Origin: Thalia democratica
Lineage: Eukaryota
Assembly (NCBI GenBank): GCA_965202585.1
Contig: OZ241834.1
Coordinates: 31,682,001 to 31,746,000, forward strand
Direction of reading: 5' to 3'
DNA length: 64,000 bases
Part shown: positions 30,001 through 42,000 of the stretch, in pieces
Layout: each line of letters starts with the position of its first letter
Position numbering within the stretch: the stretch's first letter is position 1
Position numbers and translations under genes: made by a program
Notes under the pieces: model-generated
Seen by the model: only the letters and a program-made list of their open reading frames with translations
What the model was told of the DNA's origin: nothing
The model's database searches: none

Positions 30001-33000
30001 TAACTGACTACTTATTAAGTTATACAGAAACATTTAACTTTATTAATAAAACTTGAACAGAATGCCTATCAGTGGAAACTTTAACCGATGGCAGCGTGAA
30101 CTATCCAGTCGGGAAGACGTATGTGACGGAGGGGGAGTCGATCAGCTACTCGTGCAATAACGGTTTCACGATGAACACGTTAGCAGTCAACAGCATCAGT
30201 TGTCAGTCCGACGGAACTCTCAGTGCCACTCTCGCCGATCAAAACATTGAATGCTTTGCTAGTACGTTTTTGTTATTAATATTTGTATTGTTATATCTAC
30301 TGTTAGTCGTAAAACCAAATAAAACTAATTTGGTTTAGGTGTATTCAGAATATTTTGAATTAACTTTCTAAGTGAATTAATACACAAGAGTAATAAACTA
30401 TTTAAATACTATAAAAATATCATAACAAAATCGAAACATTACTCTTAGTTCTTTACTTGCTGTCTGTGTTAATACAGTTATTGTGTAGAAAGTAGTGATG
30501 TACCGGACCCGGATCCGGACTTTTTTTTCAAATCAGAATCCGGCCGGAACCGGATCCGGACTTTTTTTTCAAATTAGAATCCGGCTGGAACCGGATCCGG
30601 ACTTTTTTTTCAAATTAGAGTCCGGCCGGATCCGGATATCAGACAAAAATGGCAATATTCGGCCGGACCCAGACCCGGATAGTGATTCCAGTACATCATT
30701 AGTATAAACTAGCCTGAGTCAAAATGAGGTTTTTAAAAACTAATAAAAAAAGAGCTTTAATCTAATAATAAGTAGAACAACTAACCACAAGGTTTACAAA
30801 TTTAGGAGTTATTTACAATTAAAAATCTTAAATCAAGTTTTTAAACAAAATACACTAGAAAATTACAAAATATTGAAAACTGGATTAGCTCAAACTCATT
30901 CAAAATCTAAAAGAAAACTAGCCTGAGTTTTTATAAAAAACTTAACTAGCTTAAGGCACTCCAAGATTTTCTAAAATTCCCAAAAATTTTCAAACTAGCA
31001 GGGTTGCCACTGTTTAAGTCAATAAAACTAGCTAGAGTGAGTATAAACAAGCCTGAGTCAGAATGAGGTTTTTAAAAACTGAAAAAATAACTTTAATCTA
31101 ATAATCAGATAACAGCTAGCAAAGGTTGACAATTTGGTAGTAAAGTTGTGGACTGATTGTGGTACACTTAACTTATTAGTACTACCCATCATAATTAAAT
31201 CCTACCTTATTTAATTAATATCTAACAAATACTAAATTCTAACTGAGACTACTTTCTATAATCAGACACGACAGTTTTGAGTGATGAATCTTTTATATAA
31301 AAAACAACAAGAAATACTAGCATATACAAAGTTATTAATTACTTTGGTAATAATTTAAAAACTGGAAGCTATTTAAATCTATATCAAAAGACTTAAAACA
31401 ATATACTAATAATTAAATAAAACTTCTAGTAAACAAGAAACTGTAAAATTTTACATAAATTATTCAAATATAAATCTGGTTTAAATATTTAAACAATTAA
31501 ACAGCAGTTGAAATATTCACTTTAAAAAAAAAACTACTTACAATAAGCATTCTCAAAAATTTCAAGATATTTTGTTGCTTCAAGCTGCACACCAAACTAA
31601 CTAACTGCTTACATATAAACTGCCTGTCATGTTCTGATGTTTTGTTGCATCAGTATTTAGTTTGAAACATTTCGTCATATGATTCTCATTGGCTCGTACA
31701 TTCAACCGTATTAACTCTAAATATTCTCTGAGCTCAACTTTAAACATCAAATAATGCAAGTAATCACTCCAACGTTTTCAATTTTACAACATATGTGAAG
31801 AGTTGCATTTCTAAATGTTTATTTCATAGTTTAAATGTAAACAAATGTAAATTAGTCACGTGTACAAGATGAGCCAATCGGGGTAGGTGTTTAATTTTAA
31901 GTGACGAAAATGACTCTTATTAAATTACACAGGGTTTGTTTTTGAAAAAAAACTTTTCAGTATGCTTTTTTTTACTAACTAGATCCGGGTCCCGACTTTT
32001 TTAAAAAATTAGAATCCGGCCAGAACCGGATCCGGACTTTTTTTAAAAATTAGAATCCGGCCGGACCCGGATATCAGACAAAAATGGCAATATCCGGCCG
32101 GACCCGGATAGTTAGTCCGGTGCATCACTAGTAGAAAGTCGAGTAATACTACATATTTGAAATTATTCATTTTTTTTTTTCATTGTAGTATGTACTACTG
32201 TACAGCTTTTTATTAACACTTGTTCAGGTAAAAAAAAATAATGCAAAATTTTAAGTGAAGACAAACATACAGGATACTCAACATTTGCAAATAACTACTC
32301 CGTTTTGCTCTATAAGTATTTTATTTCACAAATAGTTCTTTATTTTTGTTGTTTTTCAACAGAGTGCAGCACCATCCCAATTGTAACTGGTGCAACAGCG
32401 ACCGTTAATGGACAAACACCCGTCACCCCGATCGATTACAATACACAGGTAGATTATACTTGCAATTCTGGGTATTCACCCAATACGGTTCAGTCGGTGA
32501 AGTGTGGAGTGACGACTGCCGGTCAAGTTGACGTGTCAGGCGTTGCTTGTGCAAGAAGTAATGATTTTTTTCTAATATTTAGTATTTACAAAAAACTAAT
32601 TTTGCAATATTATTTGAAAAACCAAGTGTTATTCAGGTAAAACAAGTCTTGTTATATAATGATTATACAAAATGTGTTTAAACTAATTTATTAAGTTTTG
32701 GTTTAAACTATTTTAAAACAACGATTGTAAATTTTACTTCAATTTTACAGTTTATTTTAAAAATGATGAAAATCAATATTCTAAAGTAAAAACTCTAACT
32801 GACTATTTATTTAGTTACACAGAAACATTTAACTTTATCACCAAAACTTGAACAGAATGCTTATCAGTGGAAACTTTAACCGATGGCAGCGTGAACTATC
32901 CAGTCGGGAAGACGTATGTGACGGAGGGGGAGTCGATCAGCTACTCGTGCAATAACGGTTTCACGATGAACACGTTAGCAGTCAACAGCATCAGTTGTCA

Positions 33001-36000
33001 GTCCGACGGAACTCTCAGTGCCACTCTCGCCGATCAAAACATTGAATGCTTTGCTAGTACGTTTTTGTTATTAATATTTGTATTGTTATATCTACTGTTA
33101 GTCGTTAAATCAAATAAAACTTATTTGATTTATGTGTATGCAGAATATTTTGAATTATCCTTCTAAGTGAATTAATGCACAAGAGTAATAAACTATTTAT
33201 ATACTATTTTTACAATAAAAATCGAAACAATATTCTTAGTTCTTTACTTGCTGTCTGTGTTAATACAGTCATTATGTAGAAAGTAGAGTAATGCTACATG
33301 TTATGAATTATTCATTATTTTTTTTTTGTGTTGTAATATGTACTACTGTACAGCTTTTTTTAACACTTGTTCAGGTAAAAAATAATAATACAAAATTTTA
33401 AGTGAAGACAAACATACAGGATACTCAACATTTGCAAATAACTACTCCGTTTTGCTCTATAAGTATTTTATTTCACAATTAGTTCTTTATTTTTGTCGTT
33501 TTTCAACAGAGTGCAGTACCATCCCAACTGTAACTGGTGCAACAGCGGCCGTTAATGGACAAACACCCGTCACCCCGATCGATTACAATACACAGGTAGA
33601 TTATACTTGCAATTCTGGGTATTCACCCAATACGGTTCAGTCGGTGAAGTGTGGAGTGACGACTGCCGGTCAAGTTGACGTGTCAGGCGTTGCTTGTGCA
33701 AGAAGTAATCACTTTTTTCTAATATTTAGTATTTACAAAAAACTAATTTTGCAATATTTTTTGAAAAACTAAGTCTTATTCAGGTAAAACAAGTCTTGTT
33801 ATATAATGATTATACAAAATGTGTTTAAACTAGTTTATTAAGTTTCTATTTAAACTATTTTAAAACGACGATTGTAAATTTTACTTCAATTTTACAGTTT
33901 ATTTTAAAAATGATGAAAATCAATATTCTAAAGTAAAAACTCTAACTGACTACTTATTAAGTTACACAGATACAATTAACTTTATGAATAAAACTTGAAC
34001 AGAATGCCTATCAGTGGAAACTTTGACCGATGGCAGCGTGAACTATCCAGGCGGGAAGACGTATGTGACGGAGGGGGAGTCGATCAGCTACTCGTGCAAT
34101 AACGGTTTCACGATGAACACGTTAGCAGTCAACAGCATCAGTTGTCAGTCCGACGGAACTCTCAGTGCCACTCTCGCCGATCAAAACATTGAATGCTTTG
34201 CTAGTACGTTTTTGTTATTAATATTTGTATTGTTATTTCTACTGTTAGTCGTTAAACCAAATAAAACTAATTTGATTTATGTGTGTGCAGAATATTTTGA
34301 ATTAACTTTCCAAGTGAATTAATACACAAAAGTAATAAACTATTCAAATTCTATCAAAATATCATAACAAAATCGAAACATTGCTCTTAGTTCTTTACTT
34401 GCCCGTCTGTGTTAATTAGTGATGTACCGGACCCACAATTTCGGATCCGGCCGGACCCGGACCCGGACTTTTTTTTCAAGTTAGAATCCGGCCGGAACCG
34501 GACCCGGACTTTTTTTTCAAATTAGAATCCGGCCGGAACCGGACCCGGACTTTTTTTTCAAATTAGAATCCGGCCGGAACCGGATCCGGACATTTTTTTC
34601 AAATTAGAATCCGGCCGGATCCGGATATCAAACAAAAATGGCAATATCCGGCCGGACCCGGACCCGGATAGTGAGTCCGCTACATCACTAGTATAAACTA
34701 GCCTGAGTCAAAATGAGGTTTTTAAAAACTAAAAAAAAAGAACTTTAATCTAATAATAAGAAGAACAGCTAGCCACAAGGTTTACAAATTTAGGTGTTAT
34801 TTACAGTTAAAAATCTGAAATCAAGTTCTTAAATAAAATACACTAGAAAATTAGAAAATATTGAAAACTGGATCAGCTCAAACTCATTCAAAATCTAAAA
34901 GAAAACTTGCCTGTGTTTTTATAAAAAACTAAACTAGCCTGAGGCAGTCCAAGATTTTCTAAAATTCCCAAAAACTTTGAAAATAGCAGGGTTGCCATTG
35001 TTTAAGTCAATAAAACTAGCTAGAGTGAGTATAAACAAGCCTGAGTCAGAATTCAACCGTATTAACTCTAAATATTCTCTGAGCTCAACTTTAAACAATA
35101 AATAATGCAAGTATTCATTCCAAAGTTCTTAATTTTACAACATTAAAACAGTTGCATTTCTGAAATGCTTATTTCATAGTTTAAATGCAAACAAATGTAA
35201 ATTAGTCACGTGTACAAAATGAGCCAATCACGGTAGGTGTTTAATTTTAACTGACGAAAATGACTCTTATTAATTTACACAGGGTTTATTTTTGAAAAAA
35301 TACTTTTCAGTATGCTTTATTTTACTAACTAGATCCGGGTCCGGCCGGATCTCTGTTAGGATCCGGCCGGACCCGGACCCGGACTTTTTTTTCAAATTAG
35401 AATCCGGCCGGAACCGGACCCGGACTTTTTTTTCAAATTAGAATCCGGCCGGAACCGGATCCGGACTTTTTTTTCAAATTAGAGTCCGGCCGGATCCGGA
35501 TATCAGACAAAAATGGCAATATCCGGCCGGACCCGGACCCGGATAGTGAGTCCGGTACATCACTAGTGTTAATACAGTTATTGTGTAGGAAGTAGTGTAA
35601 AACTACATATTTGAAATTATTCATTATTTTTTTTTTCATTGTAGTATGTACTACTGTACAGCTATTTTTTAACACTTGTTCAGGTAAAAAATAATAATAC
35701 AAAATTTTAAGTGAAGACAAACATACAGGATACTCAACATTTGCAAATAACTACTCCGTTTTGCTCTATAAGTATTTTACTTCACAATTAGTTCTTTATT
35801 TTTGTCGTTTTTCAACAGAGTGCAGTACCATCCCAACTGTAACTGGTGCAACAGCGACCGTTAATGGACAAACACCCGTCACCCCGATCGATTATAATAC
35901 ACAGGTAGATTATACTTGCAATTCTGGGTATTCACCCAATACGGTTCAGTCGGTGAAGTGTGGAGTGACGACTGCCGGTCAAGTTGACGTGTCAGGCGTT

Positions 36001-39000
36001 GCTTGTGCAAGAAGTAATCACTTTTTTCTAATATTTAGTATTTACAAATAAATATATTCTGCAATATTTTTTGAAAAACTAAGTCTTATTTAGGTAAAAC
36101 AAGTCTTGTTATATAATGATTATACAAAAGGTGTTTAAACTAATTTATTAAGTTTCTATTTAAACTATTTTGAAACAACGATTGTAAATTTTACTTCAAT
36201 TTTACAGTTTATTTTAAAAATGATGAAAATCAATATTCTAAAGTAAAAACTCTAACTGACTACTTATTAAGTTACACAGAAACAATTAACTTTATGAATA
36301 AAACTTGAACAGAATGCCTATCAGTGGAAACTTTGACCGATGGCAGCGTGAACTATCCAGTCGGGAAGACGTATGTGACGGAGGGGGAGTCGATCAGCTA
36401 CTCGTGCAATAACGGTTTCACGATGAACACGTTAGCAGTCAACAGCATCAGTTGTCAGTCCGACGGAACTCTCAGTGCCACTCTCGCCGATCAAAACATT
36501 GAATGCTTTGCTAGTAGGTTTTTGTTATTAATATTTGTATTGTTATATCTACTGTTAGTCGTTAAACCAAATAAAACTTATTTGATTTAGGTGTGTGCAG
36601 AATATTTTGAATTAACTTTCCAAGTGAATTAATACACAAGAGTAATAAACTATTCAAATACTATAAAAATATCATAACAAAATCGAAACATTACTCTTAG
36701 TTCTTTACTTGCTGTCTGTGTTAATACAGTTATTGTGTAGGAAGTAGTGTAAAACTACATATTTGAAATTATTTATTATTTTTTTTTTCATTGTAGTATG
36801 TACTGCTGTACAGCTTTTTTTAACACTTGTTCAGGTAAAAAATAATAATACAAAATTTTAAGTGAAGACAAACATACAGGATACTCAACATTTGCAAATA
36901 ACTACTCCGTTTTGCTCTATAAGTATTTTATTTCACAATTAGTTCTTTATTTTTGTCGTTTTTCAACAGAGTGCAGTACCATCCCAACTGTAACTGGTGC
37001 AACAGCGACCGTTAATGGACAAACACCCGTCACCCCGATCGATTACAATACACAGGTAGATTATACTTGCAATTCTGGGTATTCACCCAATACGGTTCAG
37101 TCGGTGAAGTGTGGAGTGACGACTGCCGGTCAAGTTGACGTGTCAGGCGTTGCTTGTGCAAGAAGTAATCACTTTATTCTAATATTTAGTATTTACAAAA
37201 AAAATTATTCTGCAATATTTTTTGAAAAACTAAGTCTTATTCAGGTAAAACAAGTCTTGTTATATAATGATTATACAAAATGTGTTTAAACTAATTTATT
37301 AAGTTTCTATTTAAACTATTTTAAAACAACGATTGTAAATTTTACTTCAATTTTACAGTTTATTTTAAAAATGATGAAAATCAATATTGTAAAGTAAAAA
37401 CTCAAACTGACTACTCATTAAGTTACACAGAAAAATTTAGCTTTATTAATAAAACTTGAACAGAATGCCTATCAGTGGAAACTTTAACCGATGGCAGCGT
37501 GAACTATCCAGTCGGGAAGACGTATGTGACGGAGGGGGAGTCGATCAGCTACTCGTGCAATAACGGTTTCACGATGAACACGTTAGCAGTCAACAGCATC
37601 AGTTGTCAGTCCGACGGAACTCTCAGTGCCACTCTCGCCGATCAAAACATTGAATGCTTTGCTAGTACGTTTTTGTTATTAATATTTGTATTGTTATATC
37701 TACTGTTAGTCGTAAAACCAAATAAAACTAATTTGGTTTAGGTGTATTCAGAATATTTTGAATTAACTTTCTAAGTGAATTAATACACAAGAGTAATAAA
37801 CTATTTAAATACTATAAAAATATCATAACAAAATCGAAACATTACTCTTAGTTCTTTACTTGCTGTCTGTGTTAATACAGTTATTGTGTAGAAAGTAGTG
37901 ATGTACCGGACCCGGATCCGGACTTTTTTTTCAAATCAGAATCCGGCCGGAACCGGATCCGGACTTTTTTTTCAAATTAGAATCCGGCTGGAACCGGATC
38001 CGGACTTTTTTTTCAAATTAGAGTCCGGCCGGATCCGGATATCAGACAAAAATGGCAATATTCGGCCGGACCCAGACCCGGATAGTGATTCCAGTACATC
38101 ATTAGTATAAACTAGCCTGAGTCAGAATGAGGTTTTTAAAAACTAATAAAAAAAGAGCTTTAATCTAATAATAAGTAGAACAACTAACCACAAGGTTTAC
38201 AAATTTAGGAGTTATTTACAATTAAAATCTTAAATCAAGTTTTTAAACAAAATACACTAGAAAATTACAAAATATTGAAAACTGGATTAGCTCAAACTCA
38301 TTCAAAATCTAAAAGAAAACTAGCCTGAGTTTTTATAAAAAACTTAACTAGCTTGAGGCACTCCAAGATTTTCTAAAATTCCCAAAAATTTTCAAACTAG
38401 CAGGGTTGCCACTGTTTAAGTCAATAAAACTAGCTAGAGTGAGTATAAACAAGCCTGAGTCAGAATGAGGTTTTTAAAAACTGAAAAAATAACTTTAATC
38501 TAATAATCAGATAACAGCTAGCAAAGGTTGACAATTTGGTAGTAAAGTTGTGGACTGATTGTGGTACACTTAACTTATTAGTACTACCCATCATAATTAA
38601 ATCCTACCTTATTTAATTAATATCTAACAAATACTAAATTCTAACTGAGACTACTTTCTATAATCAGACACGACAGTTTTGAGTGATGAATCTTTTATAT
38701 AAAAAACAACAAGAAATACTAGCATATACAAAGTTATTAATTACTTTGGTAATAATTTAAAAACTGGAAGCTATTTAAATCTATATCAAAAGACTTAAAA
38801 CAATATACTAATAATTAAATAAAACTTCTAGTAAACAAGAAACTGTAAAATTTTACATAAATTATTAAAATATAAATCTGGTTTAAATATTTAAACAATT
38901 AAACACCAGTTGAAATATTCACTTTAAAAAAAAAACTACTTACAATAAGCACTCTCAAAAAGTTCAAGATATTTTGTTGCTTCAAGCTGCACACCAAACT

Positions 39001-42000
39001 AACTAACTGCTTACATATAAACTGCCTGTCATGTTCTGATGTTTTGTTGCATCAGTATTTAGTTTGAAACATTTCGTCATATGATTCTCATTGGCTCGTA
39101 CATTCAACCGTATTAACTCTAAATATTCTCTGAGCTCAACTTTAAACATCAAATAATGCAAGTATTCACTCCAACGTTTTCAATTTTACAACATATGTGA
39201 AGAGTTGCATTTCTAAATGTTTATTTCATAGTTTAAATGTAAACAAGTGTAAATTAGTCACGTGTACAAGATGAGCCAATCGGGGTAGGTGTTTAATTTT
39301 AAGTAACGAAAATGACTCTTATTAAATTACACAGGGTTTGTTTTTGAAAAAAAACTTTTCAGTATGCTTTTTTTTACTAACTAGATCCGGGTCCCGACTA
39401 TTTTTAAAAATTAGAATCCGGCCAGAACCGGGTCCAGACTTTATTTACAAATTAGAATCCGGCCGGACCCGGATATCAGACAAAAATGGCAATATCCGGC
39501 CGGACCCGGACCCGGATAGTGAGTCCGGTACATCACTAGTAGAAAGTCGAGTAATACTACATATTTGAAATTATTCATATTTTTTTTTTCATTGTAGTAT
39601 GTACTACTGTACAGCTTTTTTTAACACTTGTTCAGGTAAAAAAAAATAATACAAAATTTTAAGTGAAGACAAACATACAGGATACTCAACATTTGCAAAT
39701 AACTACTCCGTTTTGCTCTATAAGTATTTTATTTCACAAATAGTTCTTTATTTTTGTCGTTTTTTAACAGAGTGCAGTACCATCCCAACTGTAACTGGTG
39801 CAACAGCGACCGTTAATGGACAAACACCCGTCACCCCGATCGATTACAATACACAGGTAGATTATACTTGCAATTCTGGGTATTCACCCAATACGGTTCA
39901 GTCGGTGAAGTGTGGAGTGACGACTGCCGGTCAAGTTGACGTGTCAGGCGTTGCTTGTGCAAGAAGTAATCACTTTTTTTCTAATATTTAGTATTTAAAA
40001 AAAACTAATTTTGCAATACTTTTTGAAAAACTAAGTCTTATTCAGGTAAAACAAGTCTTGTTATATAATGATTATACAAAATGTGTTTAAACTAATTTAT
40101 TAAGTTTCTATTAAAACTATTTTAAAACAACGATTGTAAATTTTACTTCAGTTTTACAATTTATTTTTAAAATGATGAAAATCAATATTCTAAAGTAAAA
40201 ACTCTAACTGACTACTTATTAAGTTACACAGAAACAATTAACTTTATGAATAAAACTTGAACAGAATGCCTATCAGTGGAAAGTTTAACCGATGGCAGCG
40301 TGAACTATCCAGTCGGGAAGACGTATGTGACGGAGGGGGAGTCGATCAGCTACTCGTGCAATAACGGTTTCACGATGAACACGTTAGCAGTCAACAGCAT
40401 CAGTTGTCAGTCCGACGGAACTCTCAGTGCCACTCTCGCCGATCAAAACATTGAATGCTTTGCTAGTACGTTTTTGTTATTAATATTTGTATTGTTATAT
40501 CTACTGTTAGTCGTTAAACCAAATAAAACTAATTTGATTTAGGTGTATTCAGAATAATTTGAATTAAGTTTCTAAGTGAATTAATACACAAGAGTAATAA
40601 ACTATTCAAATACTATAAAAATATAATAACAAAATCGAAACATTACTTTTAGTTTTTTACTTGCTGTCTGATTAATACAGTTATTGTGTAGAAAGTAGAG
40701 TAATACTACATATTTGAAATTATTCATGATTTTTTTTGCATTGTAATATGTACTACTGTACAGCTTTTTATTAACACTTGTTCAGGTAAAAAAAAGAACA
40801 CAAAATTTTAAGTGAAGACAAACATACAGGATACTCAACATTTGCAAATAACTACTCCGTTTTGCTCTATAAGTATTTTATTTCACAAATAGTTCTTTAT
40901 TTTTGTCGTTTTTCAACAGAGTGCAGCACCATCCCAACTGTAACTGGTGCAACAGCGACCGTTAATGGACAAACACCCGTCACCCCGATCGATTACAATA
41001 CACAGGTAGATTATACTTGCAATTCTGGGTATTCACCCAATACGGTTCAGTCGGTGAAGTGTGGAGTGACGACTGCCGGTCAAGTTGACGTGTCAGGCGT
41101 TGCTTGTGCAAGAAGTAATGATTTTTTTTCTAATATTTAGTATTTACAAAAAACTAATTTTGCAATATTTTTTGAAAAACTAAGTCTTATTCAGGTAAAA
41201 CAAGTCTTGTTATATAATGATTATACAAAATGTGTTTAAACTAATTTATTAAGTTTCTATTAAAACTATTTTAAAACAACGATTGTAAGTTTTACTTCAA
41301 TTTTACAGTTTATTTTAAAAATGATGAAAATCAATATTCTAAAGTAAAAACTCTAACTGACTATTTATTTAGTTACACAGAAACATTTAACTTTATCACC
41401 AAAACTTGAACAGAATGCTTATCAGTGGAAACTTTAACCGATGGCAGCGTGAACTATCCAGTCGGGAAGACGTATGTGACGGAGGGGGAGTCGATCAGCT
41501 ACTCGTGCAATAACGGTTTCACGATGAACACGTTAGCAGTCAACAGCATCAGTTGTCAGTCCGACGGAACTCTCAGTGCCACTCTCGCCGATCAAAACAT
41601 TGAATGCTTTGCTAGTACGTTTTTGTTATTAATATTTGTATTGTTATTTCTACTGTTAGTCGTTAAACCAAATAAAACTTATTTGATTTAGGTGTGTGCA
41701 GAATATTTTGAATTAACTTTCCAAGTGAATTAATACACAAGAGTAATAAACTATTCAAATACTATAAAAATATCATAACAAAATCGAAACATTACTCTTA
41801 GTTCTTTAGTTGCTGTCTGTGTTAATACAGTTATTGTGTAGGAAGTAGTGTAAAACTACATATTTGAAATTATTCATTATTTTTTTTTTCATTGTAGTAT
41901 GTACTGCTGTACAGCTTTTTTTAACACTTGTTCAGGTAAAAAATAATAATACAAAATTTTAAGTGAAGACAAACATACAGGATACTCAACATTTGCAAAT

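Noticed and set aside
34441-34620. Regularly spaced palindromic 41-bp repeats as a CRISPR array
   Set aside because: The units are contiguous with no unique spacers, there are no cas genes, and the context is a eukaryotic intron.
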